Assembly (NCBI GenBank): GCA_022842945.1
Contig: JALHOO010000003.1
Coordinates: 14,458-78,457 of the forward strand
Direction of reading: 5' to 3'
Length of the DNA stretch: 64,000 bases
DNA from: Minisyncoccota bacterium
Lineage (GTDB): Bacteria > Patescibacteriota > Minisyncoccia > Phycocordibacterales > Phycocordibacteraceae
Position numbers and translations under genes: made by a program. Each line of letters opens with the position of its first letter. The first letter of the stretch is position 1. Positions 36,614-48,392 of the stretch are shown here, one piece after another. A model generated the notes under the pieces. That model worked only from the letters and a program-made list of their open reading frames with translations, searched no databases and was not told the origin of the DNA.

Positions 36614-36973
36614 ATGGCTACTCGTGTGGAGCGGCTCCTAGCCGCCTTCGACAAGATCTTTTCCAGACATCACGATCGGAGTACTCCGGGGTCCAATGGT
36701 GCCGCGTACTCTGAGACCTACTGGTCTGGTATCGGCACCAAGTTCTGCTTCGTCGACAAAGCAAGCAACGTCTCATGGCTCGGGAATTCTTTCTGGGTCA
36801 TTCATCAATATGATGAGAATGGCGTCCTACTGAGTCGGAAACGCGTGGTTGAAATGGCTGGTCCTGACGAGCGTATCATCTACGGCCATGACCAGGTGTA
36901 TCAAGCGTACCGTGATCAGCCGAATGATCAGCGGTTCCCCAGGTCTCCTGGGACGATGACTATCTGCTACTGA
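36614..36973 (+). CDS. Hypothetical orphan protein
   Basis: GGAGG SD, AT-rich promoter and downstream hairpin. Confidence 0.65.
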   Translation: MATRVERLLAAFDKIFSRHHDRSTPGSNGAAYSETYWSGIGTKFCFVDKASNVSWLGNSFWVIHQYDENGVLLSRKRVVEMAGPDERIIYGHDQVYQAYRDQPNDQRFPRSPGTMTICY

Positions 36974-37053
36974 AAGCCTTCAGCGACGGCCCGAGAAATC
37001 GGGCCGTTTCTACTTGCCTGTATTCGAATATTATCCCTCGCGACCAGCACCAG

Positions 37054-38208
37054 CTAGCGCACATCCCTAAGCGGAATCGTAACAATAATGCCAAGAGCAA
37101 CAATGAGTGCACCTGAAACCATAAAGAAGAGCAGATAGTTCCCGGTAATAAGAAGGAGACTCGCAAACAAAGGAGCGATAAGTGCACCAACCGGTCGCAT
37201 CATGCGGTATACCGTTATGGTTGAGGCATCTCGTTCCGTTACGCTCCTAAAGAAATGCCCCTCAACCATAGCCTCAACAAGCGCCGCGCCAATGCGCGAC
37301 ACAAAGAGTATGGCGGCAATAACAACGAGAGAGGTTGATGCAGTAACGAGCGCGAGTGCTCCGAATGCTATGCCTGTAATAACAAAACCGGCAATAAGCA
37401 TTTCCTTGTCGCCAAGCCACTTGTCCGCAATAATCCCGGCCGGATATTCAAGAAATACAAACGGCAGGAGCATAACGGCAAACACCCATCCTAAATCGCT
37501 CCATGGGAATCCTAATACCGTGTGCAGATAGAGTGGAATGTAGAGAGGCGCGAGATGGAAGAAGAACTGAAGCACGCCATTTCCAAGTGCCGCAGCTCTA
37601 AGGTCTGGATTCGCCCATATACACGCAAGGGTGGTAGCTATTTTAGATACGTGGGGAACCTCTCCTGTAGGAAGACGCTCAAAGAGAAAGAGTGCAATGA
37701 ACGGAGTAAGCGAAAGAGCCGCAAAGAGAAACACACGTCCGTATGCTTCTGTCCCATCGAGCACCCAGCCGATAATCAAAGGAGCTAACAGAAGCGCTAC
37801 GCTTCCTGCAGTTATGAAGAGTGTACGAACACGCCCTGTTGTTCCTTCCTCGTCCGTAACCGCCTCAAGCAGAAGATCAAGCTGATAGGACAGAATGGGG
37901 GCGAGCGCCATAACCACAACCACACACAGAACTGCAAACAGTACACTTGGCGAGAGGGCGAGTACAGACAGAAACACTGCCTGCAGCGCTGCGAGTATGA
38001 GCGCTAATCGCTTCGCGCCAATCGTGCGCACCATCTGTGGCACGAAGGGAAAAAGAATGAGTGTGGCAAGCGCGCCAAGCGACACCACCAGCCCGGTCTT
38101 GCTTGCTGGCATCAAGAGCGCCAAGTACGGCGCTACAATATAGATAACGAGAAAGAAGTAGATAGCCGAGAGGAAGTTCCCGATAGAAAGGACAAGACGC
38201 GGGTGCAT
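37054..38208 (-). CDS. MFS transporter
   Basis: About 12 TMs; PAGIIADKWLGDK motif. Confidence 0.88.
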   Translation of the reverse strand: MHPRLVLSIGNFLSAIYFFLVIYIVAPYLALLMPASKTGLVVSLGALATLILFPFVPQMVRTIGAKRLALILAALQAVFLSVLALSPSVLFAVLCVVVVMALAPILSYQLDLLLEAVTDEEGTTGRVRTLFITAGSVALLLAPLIIGWVLDGTEAYGRVFLFAALSLTPFIALFLFERLPTGEVPHVSKIATTLACIWANPDLRAAALGNGVLQFFFHLAPLYIPLYLHTVLGFPWSDLGWVFAVMLLPFVFLEYPAGIIADKWLGDKEMLIAGFVITGIAFGALALVTASTSLVVIAAILFVSRIGAALVEAMVEGHFFRSVTERDASTITVYRMMRPVGALIAPLFASLLLITGNYLLFFMVSGALIVALGIIVTIPLRDVR

Positions 38209-38290
38209 TACTTCGATTCTAGCATTCGCATGCACTGCTTTTCACACAGCACGAATGAGCTAGCAAATCTTGTTAAGGGGATGTATGACG

Positions 38291-38335
38291 TTGTACGTAC
38301 AATGTATTGACAGACTCAAAGAGCGAGTATAGACT
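38291..38335 (+). promoter_or_regulatory. Toxin-antitoxin promoter with palindromic operator
   Basis: Palindrome TTGTACGTACAA followed by TTGACA...TATAGA. Confidence 0.5.
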
Positions 38336-38611
38336 ATGTCCATGACTACCACGATACAAGTCCGCGTTGACGCTAAAGTAAAGAAAGAAGCCCAAGCAGT
38401 GTTTGAGAATATGGGACTCGATCTCTCCAGTGGTGTGAAGCTGTATCTTACGCAGGTTGTGCGTGAGCAAGGACTTCCTTTTACGCCACGCACGGCAAAT
38501 GGCTTCTCGTCCGCATATGAGACTAAGCTCTTACGTGAGGCAGCGAGCACGAAGAAGAACGGAACTTCTTATCGTTCAGCTAAGACGGCAATGCGCGACC
38601 TACTCTCCTAG
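38336..38611 (+). CDS. dinJ: RelB/DinJ family antitoxin
   Basis: IQVRVDAKVKKEA..VFENMGLDLS....LPF. Confidence 0.9.
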   Translation: MSMTTTIQVRVDAKVKKEAQAVFENMGLDLSSGVKLYLTQVVREQGLPFTPRTANGFSSAYETKLLREAASTKKNGTSYRSAKTAMRDLLS

Positions 38612-38614
38612 TCC

Positions 38615-38890
38615 ATGTACGAACTTCGCTCCTCTCGTCTTGCGAAGAAATCGCTCAAGAAGCTCAGTCGCAGTGGCTCGTTTGATGCTCAAGCCTTTGA
38701 AGATTTGTTAGAGCACTTCATAGCAGGAGGGAAGATCCCGTCCAGATATAAAGATCATCAGCTTCAAGGAAACCTCTCCCTGTTCCGGGAGTGTCATCTA
38801 GTGTTCGATCTTCTTGTTATATACGAGCGAGACGAAACGCACCGAACCGTTACCCTCCTTGATATCGGTACGCACGACAGTCTTTTCTAA
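38615..38890 (+). CDS. yafQ: YafQ family mRNA interferase toxin
   Basis: YKDHQLQG, RECHL..DLLVIY and IGTHDSLF motifs. Confidence 0.9.
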   Translation: MYELRSSRLAKKSLKKLSRSGSFDAQAFEDLLEHFIAGGKIPSRYKDHQLQGNLSLFRECHLVFDLLVIYERDETHRTVTLLDIGTHDSLF

Positions 38891-38900
38891 GAGAGTAAGC

Positions 38901-38936
38901 AAGAAGCCCGCGTGACCTAGGTCACGCGGGCTTCTT
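38901..38936. terminator. Bidirectional terminator (36-bp perfect palindrome)
   Basis: AAGAAGCCCGCGTGACCTAGGTCACGCGGGCTTCTT between convergent yafQ and rnj. Confidence 0.8.
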
Positions 38937-38950
38937 TGTATAGGCGGTAC

Positions 38951-40867
38951 CTAGACTCCGATGAGTACCGGGATAACCATAGGCGCTTTGTTGGTGCGCG
39001 TGAAGAGGTATCCAGCCATCGTGTCCGAGAGCGCGTTCTTCACGAAGTCGAGGTCAACCGGGTTCATGCCCTCAGTTGAGTCCTCAACCGTCTTCTTAAT
39101 AAGAAGGCGTGCTTGGTTCAGCATGTCCTGGTTCTCACGCAGGTATACGAACCCGCGGGAGATGATATCCGGAGACTTGCGGAGCTTTCCAGTCTTCAGG
39201 TTAACGGTGGCGATGATAACGAACATACCATCCTTCGCGAGCGCAAGACGATCGCGGATAACCACTTCCTGGAGGTCGCCGATAGAGAAGCCATCCACCA
39301 CGAGTGGGGTAGAAGGAACCTTCTGCTTGTGGATCTCCATGCGGGTACCCTGGTCTACGATGTCGATAACGGTACCGTTGTCAGCCACAACGATAGACTC
39401 GCGCGGACGCCCTGCCTGCTCAACGGCCTTTGCGTGGCTTGCGGTCATCGAGTAGTAGCCGTATGCAGGCATGAAGAACTTTGCGTTCACCTGCTGGTTA
39501 ATCCAGATAAGCTCGCCCGTGTTTCCGTGTCCGGTTGAGTGCACGTCGCTTGAGCGGTAGTGGATGAGGGATGCACCGCTGCGATACAGATTGTCCTTCA
39601 AGCGCTGCACAGAGATCTCGTTTCCAGGAATAACCGAAGACGAGAGGACAACGGTATCGCGCGGATTAAGCGTAATGGACTTGTGCTGCTTGGTTGCGAT
39701 GCGCATGAGGGCCGCAAACTCCTCTCCCTGAGCACCGGTTGAGAGGATAACTATCTTGTCTGGTGGATAGTCTCCAATCTCCGCAGCAGAGATAATCGTC
39801 TCCTTCTTAACCTTAAGAAGGCCGGTCTTCTGGGCAATCTCGAGGTTGGTCTTAATGGAGCGACCTTCGGTAACAATCTTCTTGTTGAGAGACTCTGCGA
39901 TCTCGATGATACGGACCATGCGTTCGAACTGCGAGGCGAAGGTTCCGATAATGAGACGGCCCTTAACGGTCTTAATGATCTCTTCGAGCGTCTCATGTAC
40001 TTTGCGCTCAGGCACCGAGAAGCCGTCACGCTCAGCGTTCGTTGAGTCTGCAATGAAGAAGAGGTTCTTCTGTGCCGCAAGCGCACCCCACTTCTTCTGC
40101 TCAGCCGCGGTTGGAATACCGTTCTCGTGGTCGAGCTTCAAGTCTCCGGTTGCGATAACGTTTCCGTAGGGTGTCTCTACCGCAATACCCATAGAGTCAG
40201 GAATAGAGTGCGTCACGGGGAAGAACTGAACCTTGGTTGAACCAATGGTCATGGTTGAATTCGGATCAACCGTAATCACATTAAGTTCTGGTTGGTCAGG
40301 GTACTCTTCCTGACGCTTCTTGATCATTACGGCAGAAAGGTTCTGCGTATAGATAGGGGGATTGCCCATGCGCTCCATAAGGAAGGGGATACCGCCGATG
40401 TGGTCGAGGTGGCCGTGCGTGATGAAAATACCGCGAATACGGTCCTTGTTAACCTCAAGGTACTTGGTGTTTGGAAGAACGTAGTCGACGCCTGGCTGTG
40501 TATCCTCAGATACGAACTGGAAGCCTACGTCAAAGACGAAAATGTCGCCATTGGTTTCAACGGTAAACATGTTACGTCCCACTTCCTCAACACCGCCAAG
40601 AGGAACGATACGGACCACGTCCTTGCCCGGAGCTGCCGGGAGGTACTCGGCAACCTTCTTCTGGATGCCTTCGCCTCCTCCGGTGCTTCGCATAGGGCGA
40701 GGACCGCCGGAACCCGGACGTCCTGCGTTGGTGCGTCCGCGACCACGGCCGCGACCCGCGTCACGTGGGGGACGTGGCGTGTCGCTCTGCGCACGCTCGC
40801 GAGGAGCGCTTGCAGGAGTTTGAGAACGAGGGCTTGGCGCCGGAGCTGGCGCAGGTGCTGCTGACAT
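38951..40867 (-). CDS. rnj: Ribonuclease J
   Basis: PLGGVEEVGRN, THGHLDHIG and VHSTGH motifs; disordered R/P-rich N-terminus. Confidence 0.96.
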   Translation of the reverse strand: MSAAPAPAPAPSPRSQTPASAPRERAQSDTPRPPRDAGRGRGRGRTNAGRPGSGGPRPMRSTGGGEGIQKKVAEYLPAAPGKDVVRIVPLGGVEEVGRNMFTVETNGDIFVFDVGFQFVSEDTQPGVDYVLPNTKYLEVNKDRIRGIFITHGHLDHIGGIPFLMERMGNPPIYTQNLSAVMIKKRQEEYPDQPELNVITVDPNSTMTIGSTKVQFFPVTHSIPDSMGIAVETPYGNVIATGDLKLDHENGIPTAAEQKKWGALAAQKNLFFIADSTNAERDGFSVPERKVHETLEEIIKTVKGRLIIGTFASQFERMVRIIEIAESLNKKIVTEGRSIKTNLEIAQKTGLLKVKKETIISAAEIGDYPPDKIVILSTGAQGEEFAALMRIATKQHKSITLNPRDTVVLSSSVIPGNEISVQRLKDNLYRSGASLIHYRSSDVHSTGHGNTGELIWINQQVNAKFFMPAYGYYSMTASHAKAVEQAGRPRESIVVADNGTVIDIVDQGTRMEIHKQKVPSTPLVVDGFSIGDLQEVVIRDRLALAKDGMFVIIATVNLKTGKLRKSPDIISRGFVYLRENQDMLNQARLLIKKTVEDSTEGMNPVDLDFVKNALSDTMAGYLFTRTNKAPMVIPVLIGV

Positions 40868-40967
40868 AATAGTTTTAATTGTTAGGTATGTTAATGGTAT
40901 AGGTGCACACCAGAATGGTTTGAGTGCGCAGTAGGCAGACAGGAGGAACGGTCCTCTGGTCTATCTA

Positions 40968-42653
40968 CTAATCACTCGTTCGCGCAAATACGGGCCACAC
41001 GTGCTCAGTAGTACGGTACCAGCCTCTAACACCTGCGAACCGGTCTGATGGTGTTGCTATCTGGGGAAGGCGCACTCCGTGGACGCTGTTAGGAATAGCA
41101 TACAGGAAGTCGGGTGCATGCGTAAAGGCGGCGGGATAATCGCTCGCGATAAGTGTGGATACCTCCTGTAAATCCTCCGTTGCTACAGCAGGATCCTGCT
41201 CTTCACGAATACGCTCAAGCAGAAGGTCAACGGTACGATTAGCGTACGCGGCAATGTTAAGTCCCGGATCACTACGCTCTCCAGAGTCCCAGAACGCAAA
41301 CAAATCGCGGTCTCGTCCCACAACCATACCGAAGAAGAGTATCTCGTATGCGCGTGGGCGAATAACAGTCGTGGCAAGGTCTCCTGGTTCGTACAGCTCA
41401 ACTTCAACCTGTACACCAAGACGCTCCCAGTCTGCCTCTACGGCGGAGGCTATAGCCTTGAGTTCAGGTACGTTCGACGTCTTGAGGGTAACGGTTTCAA
41501 GGGTGTACTCTCCATCGCCCCACACCCCTGTTTCCGGATCCCGCTCCCAACCCTCTTTTTCAAGGGTCTCGATAGCAAGGGTAAGGCTATCTCCCTCGGG
41601 GAACGGGAAGCTCTCTACGCCGCTTCCAGGCGGCACGGGTCCCGTGAGGGGAGTGGCAAAGCCGCTCAGTACCTCGTCTACGATATATGCACGGTTAACA
41701 GCAAGAGAGAGTGCCTTGCGTACTTCAGTCTTTGCAAAGACCGGGTTCTCGTCGCTATTGAAGAACGCACCGAAGATACGAGAGTACGGGGAGCGTAGAG
41801 ACGTAGGGGTGCTCAGACCATGCGCGCTCTGAATGCTCTTGCGAGCATACGCATCCTTAAGCTTTTCAGTGTCGTCATAGAACTTTACGTAGATGCGATC
41901 GAGATAGGGACGCCCGAGTGCGTACGAATCAGAAGCCTTAAGTTCATAGGAGATAACGCTTCCGTCACTATCACGGGTTACCTTGGCAACCTCAAAGGGA
42001 CCGGCACCGATAGGGTTGCTCATGAGTGGCGAGAACGAGAATTCGCTGAGCGGTATGTTGCGCCACTTATCCGCCGGAAGGATACCGAGTGTCGTATCTA
42101 TGAGGAACGGCGCATAGGGCTTTGGAAGGGTAAAGACAACGGTGCGTGCATCAAGGGCCTGTGCACGAATGTTTGCCCAGTTAGCGAGCTCTGGACTGCG
42201 AAGCGCTGGGTCTTGTGCCTTCTCAACCGTAAACACCACATCGTTTGCGGTTACGGGCGTACCGTCTGAGAACCTGGCGTTCTCTCTCAGAGAGAACGTG
42301 TACTCAAGACCGTCTTCTGATACGCGGTACCGTTCAGCAAGTACCGGTACGAGATTTCCCTCGTCGTTAAGACCCATGAGTCCAGCGTAGGTTAGGGCCG
42401 TAAGGTCGCGGTCTGCGTCCGTGAGTGCAAGAAGGGGGTTCACAAAGCGCGGAGACCCCACAACGCCTTCCGTAAGCGTGCCCCCGTAGGCCGGCACTTC
42501 AACGAGGAACGTTCTCTGAAATGCAATGAGGCCTGCAAGGCTCGTTCCGAGCACAACGAAGCCAAGGAAAGACGCAATAAAGCGATCTCCCGGAGAGAGC
42601 TGCTTGAAGAAAGACACTATGCGCTTAAGGGGGGAGCTTTGGGAGCTATCCAT
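40968..42653 (-). CDS. ABC transporter peptide-binding protein (family 5)
   Basis: GGTLTEG, FSDGTPVTANDVVFT and PIGAGPF motifs. Confidence 0.9.
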   Translation of the reverse strand: MDSSQSSPLKRIVSFFKQLSPGDRFIASFLGFVVLGTSLAGLIAFQRTFLVEVPAYGGTLTEGVVGSPRFVNPLLALTDADRDLTALTYAGLMGLNDEGNLVPVLAERYRVSEDGLEYTFSLRENARFSDGTPVTANDVVFTVEKAQDPALRSPELANWANIRAQALDARTVVFTLPKPYAPFLIDTTLGILPADKWRNIPLSEFSFSPLMSNPIGAGPFEVAKVTRDSDGSVISYELKASDSYALGRPYLDRIYVKFYDDTEKLKDAYARKSIQSAHGLSTPTSLRSPYSRIFGAFFNSDENPVFAKTEVRKALSLAVNRAYIVDEVLSGFATPLTGPVPPGSGVESFPFPEGDSLTLAIETLEKEGWERDPETGVWGDGEYTLETVTLKTSNVPELKAIASAVEADWERLGVQVEVELYEPGDLATTVIRPRAYEILFFGMVVGRDRDLFAFWDSGERSDPGLNIAAYANRTVDLLLERIREEQDPAVATEDLQEVSTLIASDYPAAFTHAPDFLYAIPNSVHGVRLPQIATPSDRFAGVRGWYRTTEHVWPVFARTSD

Positions 42654-42707
42654 ACGTACGTAAATAGGGGAGTGGCCACCTAAGTGGCAGGGAGCGAGTC
42701 TGAAAGA

Positions 42708-42938
42708 CTAGATAAAGAACCCAGCGACAACCGACAGCACAAAAAGAATAGCCGTTACGATGGTCGCATTGAACAGGAACTTCTCAGCACCTCGGCGCTT
42801 GTAGAAGGTCGATGCGAAGTTGTCGCCTCCAAAGGCTCCTCCGAGGGACGCCCCCCGGTTCTGGAGGACAATACCTATGATAAGGAGTAGGGAGAGGGCT
42901 ATCTGAATGTAGGGCAATCCTGCCGAAAGAGTCTCCAT
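42708..42938 (-). CDS. secG: Preprotein translocase subunit SecG
   Basis: VLQNRGASLGGAFGG...RRGAEKFLF. Confidence 0.92.
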   Translation of the reverse strand: METLSAGLPYIQIALSLLLIIGIVLQNRGASLGGAFGGDNFASTFYKRRGAEKFLFNATIVTAILFVLSVVAGFFI

Positions 42939-43017
42939 CTGTGGGGTCGAGTATAGCAAATAGGGGACAGGAATGCAAAAGCCCCCGGTTCCTTTCGGAT
43001 CCGAGGGCGACTGGTGT

Positions 43018-43218
43018 TCAGGAAGATAGGGAAGTGTTGAGCGATCGTCGAGGCCCCCGCTTGGTGCCTTTCTCAACCGTTCCTGTGGGGTGATCGACTT
43101 CGTGGTCGATCTCCCAAGAACGGAGCCAGACCCTTTTCGTGTTATTTCCGCGTGCGACTTCGTACCACGAGCGGCCGTTGGTCAGAGCGCGGTACCATCC
43201 GAAGTTACGCCAAAACAT
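43018..43218 (-). CDS. Small hypothetical orphan protein
   Basis: AGGAGG SD, TTGACT promoter and hairpin downstream. Confidence 0.5.
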   Translation of the reverse strand: MFWRNFGWYRALTNGRSWYEVARGNNTKRVWLRSWEIDHEVDHPTGTVEKGTKRGPRRSLNTSLSS

Positions 43219-43309
43219 CCTTTATTCCTCCTGTGCTGCAAAGGTGCGTCAAAAGAAAAATAGCATATTTTTAATGCAAAGTCAATTACCCAGAGAATAG
43301 TTAGGGAAG

Positions 43310-43345
43310 TTGACGCTCACTACCGCCGTTCTATACTGTGGATAA
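43310..43345 (+). promoter_or_regulatory. Sigma-70 promoter of groESL with adjacent DnaA-box match
   Basis: TTGACG...TATACT followed by TGTGGATAA. Confidence 0.55.
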
Positions 43346-43425
43346 CTCGGTGAGGCACAACAGCGCACCGAATGGGGAATCTTTCAGTTTGACGTTTATA
43401 ACCGCACTAAGCGAAACATTTTCCT

Positions 43426-43734
43426 ATGGCTACCTCAGACAAAAAACTCGCTATTACGCCACTTGCAGACCGCGTGGTAGTACAGCCTTTGGCGAAAGAC
43501 GAAGTGTCTGCATCCGGCATCATTATCCCGGACTCGGCAAAACAAGAAGCGCCCTCAAAAGGAACCGTTGTAGCGGTCGGTGAAGGTCGGTATGACGATG
43601 GCGACCTTATCCCTATGACGGTTAAGGTTGGAGACCAGATTCTCTTCTCGAAGTATGGCTACGACGAAGTGAAGATTAATGGTCAGGAGTACTACATTCT
43701 TTCAGAGTCTAGCGTCCTCGCTATTCTCGGTTAG
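43426..43734 (+). CDS. groES: Co-chaperonin GroES
   Basis: PLADRVVV, SGIIIPDSAK and GTVVAVGEG motifs. Confidence 0.97.
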   Translation: MATSDKKLAITPLADRVVVQPLAKDEVSASGIIIPDSAKQEAPSKGTVVAVGEGRYDDGDLIPMTVKVGDQILFSKYGYDEVKINGQEYYILSESSVLAILG

Positions 43735-43762
43735 CGACTCCCCTTTTATTTCCCTTTCTTAA

Positions 43763-45409
<1,647 letters not shown>

Positions 45410-45465
45410 CGCTAAAGAGGGAAACTGAAAAGCGCCGCGGTCCTTACGGACGGCGGCGCTTTCAT

Positions 45466-45789
45466 TTATGCCTGCTCTCGGGCAGAGCGTTGCTTTTCTT
45501 CGCACCGAGTTTCGTAGTCGTCATCAGCGCAGCTCAGCTGGACAACAAACGAAACGATGAGCTCTCCGAGAAAGCTGAGTGGTCGGGCAAGCACGCTTGC
45601 GAGGATGAGAATCGCTGCGAGTCCAAGTGAGATTGCCACCAAAGGCTCGATGAGACCCCCGACAAAATCTGATACATACTGCCCGACCCCGTTCCATACG
45701 GACTCCGACATAGACCTAACTGTTCCGTTGTGCATTTCAAACCTCCCTTTTCCGTCTCTGACCATACGCCTACTCGCAAAAACACGCAA
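45466..45789 (-). CDS. Small hypothetical membrane protein (start uncertain)
   Basis: Hydrophobic segment; fills the gap between the groEL terminator and lemA. Confidence 0.4.
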   Translation of the reverse strand: MRVFASRRMVRDGKGRFEMHNGTVRSMSESVWNGVGQYVSDFVGGLIEPLVAISLGLAAILILASVLARPLSFLGELIVSFVVQLSCADDDYETRCEEKQRSAREQA

Positions 45790-45850
45790 TGAAGGAGGGG
45801 GTGAATTGCCGTTCTTGCGTTTGCACCTGAAGAACTTACAATAGAGGTAT

Positions 45851-46411
45851 ATGACTATTCTTTACATTGTGCTCGGCGTACTTGCCCTCTTGGTTTTGTG
45901 GGTGGTGCTTACCTATAACGGATTTGTTTCTCTACGGAATCGTGCAAAAGAAGCATGGTCTGACATCGAAGTGCAGATGAAAAGGCGCTATGACCTTATC
46001 CCTAACCTCATCGAGACGGTTAAGGGATACGCAGCACATGAGAGTCAGACACTCGCAAGCGTAACTGAGGCGCGCACCGCCGCTATGGGAGCACAGACGG
46101 TTGAGCAGCATGCAGAAGCTGAGAATATGCTCACCGGAGCTCTTAAGTCGCTCTTCGCAGTATCAGAGGCGTACCCAGACCTTAAGGCGAACACCAACTT
46201 CCTCGAGCTGCAGCGCGAGCTCTCAGACACTGAGAACAAGATCATGGCGTCACGCCGCTTCTATAACGCGAACGTACAGACCATGAACACGGCGGTTGAG
46301 CAGTTCCCTGGGAACGTCCTTGCAGGACCCTTCGGCTTTGCGCAGATGGATCTCTTCGAGCTTACGGACGCTGAGCAGGCCGCTCGCGAGCCGGTGAAGG
46401 TTGCGTTCTAA
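45851..46411 (+). CDS. lemA: LemA family protein
   Basis: KRRYDLIPNL and EAYPDLKAN motifs. Confidence 0.95.
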   Translation: MTILYIVLGVLALLVLWVVLTYNGFVSLRNRAKEAWSDIEVQMKRRYDLIPNLIETVKGYAAHESQTLASVTEARTAAMGAQTVEQHAEAENMLTGALKSLFAVSEAYPDLKANTNFLELQRELSDTENKIMASRRFYNANVQTMNTAVEQFPGNVLAGPFGFAQMDLFELTDAEQAAREPVKVAF

Positions 46412-46417
46412 CGCTCT

Positions 46418-46729
46418 ATGCTGAACGAAGCTCAGAAACGTATCGACGACTGGGCACAGCAGTTCGCTGAGCCGTACTGGCCACCGTTGTCTCAGTTCGC
46501 GGCTCTCACTGAGGAGGTGGGCGAAGTAGGCCGGCTCCTCAATCACCTGTACGGCTCGAAGCCGAAGAAGCAGGAAGAGGCTGCACAGGAACTCGGCGGG
46601 GAGATTACCGACGTTATATTCGCAGCCATGTGTCTCGCGAACCGGCATGGGATCGATCTCGACGCTGCATTCGAGAAGAAGATGGATACCTGCTACGGTC
46701 GCGACAAGGATAGGTTCGAGAAGAAATAA
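46418..46729 (+). CDS. MazG-like nucleotide pyrophosphohydrolase (YpjD-like)
   Basis: LTEEVGEV...EITDV...LAN motif. Confidence 0.88.
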   Translation: MLNEAQKRIDDWAQQFAEPYWPPLSQFAALTEEVGEVGRLLNHLYGSKPKKQEEAAQELGGEITDVIFAAMCLANRHGIDLDAAFEKKMDTCYGRDKDRFEKK

Positions 46730-46741
46730 TTCGTTCACTCT

Positions 46742-47644
46742 ATGGCATCAACCCTCTACCAACAGCGTTCACGCAATGTGCTCAAGACCTATGCCCTCAT
46801 GGCTGGGTTCTTGGTTGTAGTTATTGCTATTGGGTGGGCGATCTCTTGGTACTACGGCAACCCAGCCATCCTCTACGGCGCGGTAGTCTTCTCCCTCATC
46901 ATGAACGTAGGGAGCTACTGGTTCTCGGATAAGATTGCGCTTTCGATGAATGGCGCACGCCCGGCCTCGCGAGAGGAGTTCTTCGATCTCTATACCGTTA
47001 CGGAGAACCTCGCCATAACAGCGGGGCTTCCCATGCCTCGACTCTACGTTATTGAAGATCCCGCACCCAACGCATTCGCAACTGGACGAGACGAGAAGCA
47101 TGCGGTTGTTGCCGTCACCACCGGACTTCTTGCGATACTCGACCGCACAGAGCTTGAGGGTGTTATCGCGCACGAGCTCGCGCACATCCAGAACAAGGAC
47201 ATGCTCGTTATGACGGTTGCGGTTGTGCTTGCAGGGTTTGTGGCAATTGTCGCTGACATCTTCCTTAGGATGTCTTTGTTTGGTGGAGGCGGACAGGAGC
47301 GTGACAGCAGGGCAGGTGTTCTCTTTATGGTGCTTGCGGTTGTAGCAATTATCCTTGCACCCATCGCCGCCCAGCTCATCCAGCTCGCTATCTCTCGAAG
47401 GCGTGAGTTCCTCGCCGACTCTTCAGGCGCTCTTCTTACGCGCTATCCCGAGGGCCTCGCGTCTGCACTCCAGAAGATTGCCAGCGATGGTACGCCGATG
47501 CGCCGCGCGAATCACGCAACGGCGCACCTCTTCATAGGAAATCCGTTTGGAAGTCAGGCGGGGAAGTTCATGAACAAATTGTTTGCGACACACCCGCCGG
47601 TTGAAGCAAGGGTTGCGGCACTTATGGGCAGCAAGGCAGAGTAG
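46742..47644 (+). CDS. htpX: Zinc metalloprotease HtpX
   Basis: PNAFATG, HELAH, SRRREFLAD and THPP motifs. Confidence 0.95.
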   Translation: MASTLYQQRSRNVLKTYALMAGFLVVVIAIGWAISWYYGNPAILYGAVVFSLIMNVGSYWFSDKIALSMNGARPASREEFFDLYTVTENLAITAGLPMPRLYVIEDPAPNAFATGRDEKHAVVAVTTGLLAILDRTELEGVIAHELAHIQNKDMLVMTVAVVLAGFVAIVADIFLRMSLFGGGGQERDSRAGVLFMVLAVVAIILAPIAAQLIQLAISRRREFLADSSGALLTRYPEGLASALQKIASDGTPMRRANHATAHLFIGNPFGSQAGKFMNKLFATHPPVEARVAALMGSKAE

Positions 47645-47720
47645 AAAGCTGTACACAGAAAGTACACAAGTTTTATAGATATTTTATCTGTGCTTTATCT
47701 GAAATCCGTACCATTAGTTT

Positions 47721-48392
47721 ATGGTACGGATTTCTTCGCTTCAGTATCCTAAAAAGAGTCACCGGAAAGTGGTTACACTTCCTGATCCTTCGATTGAGCT
47801 TGCAGAGTTCTTCGGCATCATGATGGGTGACGGGGGAATCAACAATGCGTGGCAGGCGAATATTTGTCTCAACTCAGTTGCAGACAAAGACTTCGTCGTC
47901 TATGTCTGCACAGCTATAAAGAAGCTTTTTGGAATTCAACCATCTGTATTCAAGTGCAAGAACAGCCAAGCTACAAAGATACTCATTTCTAGTGTTGCTC
48001 TTGTCGATTTTTTAGTCGACAAAGGACTTAAAAGAGGAGGCAAGCTCAAAAATGGATTATCTATTCCGGAATGGATACTTGGTAGTACTGAATACAAAAT
48101 AGCCTGTGTGCGGGGACTTATGGATACTGACGGTTGTTTATATATTCACAAGCATACAGTTGCAGGAAAGATCTATAAGAATATTGGTCTTTGCTTTTGC
48201 AGTCACTCACCTGTAGTTATTGCGCAGATATGCGCGGTATTTGAAGAATTCGGCATTATCCCGCATATTAGTAATCAGGGCCGCAGTATCTATCTATATA
48301 AGGAAAGTGCTGTGGCTCGGTATCTTGAGGTGTTTAGTACCTTAAATGAACGTATACGTTCGGTATACAAGAAATTCGGAGGCGTCTCATAG
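47721..48392 (+). CDS. Free-standing LAGLIDADG endonuclease-like protein
   Basis: Two motifs, LAEFFGIMMGDGG and CVRGLMDTDG; 3' end overlaps tRNA-Ser. Confidence 0.85.
   Translation: MVRISSLQYPKKSHRKVVTLPDPSIELAEFFGIMMGDGGINNAWQANICLNSVADKDFVVYVCTAIKKLFGIQPSVFKCKNSQATKILISSVALVDFLVDKGLKRGGKLKNGLSIPEWILGSTEYKIACVRGLMDTDGCLYIHKHTVAGKIYKNIGLCFCSHSPVVIAQICAVFEEFGIIPHISNQGRSIYLYKESAVARYLEVFSTLNERIRSVYKKFGGVS

Noticed and set aside
43260-43425. CIRCE element upstream of groES
   Set aside because: No TTAGCACTC-N9-GAGTGCTAA match was seen.
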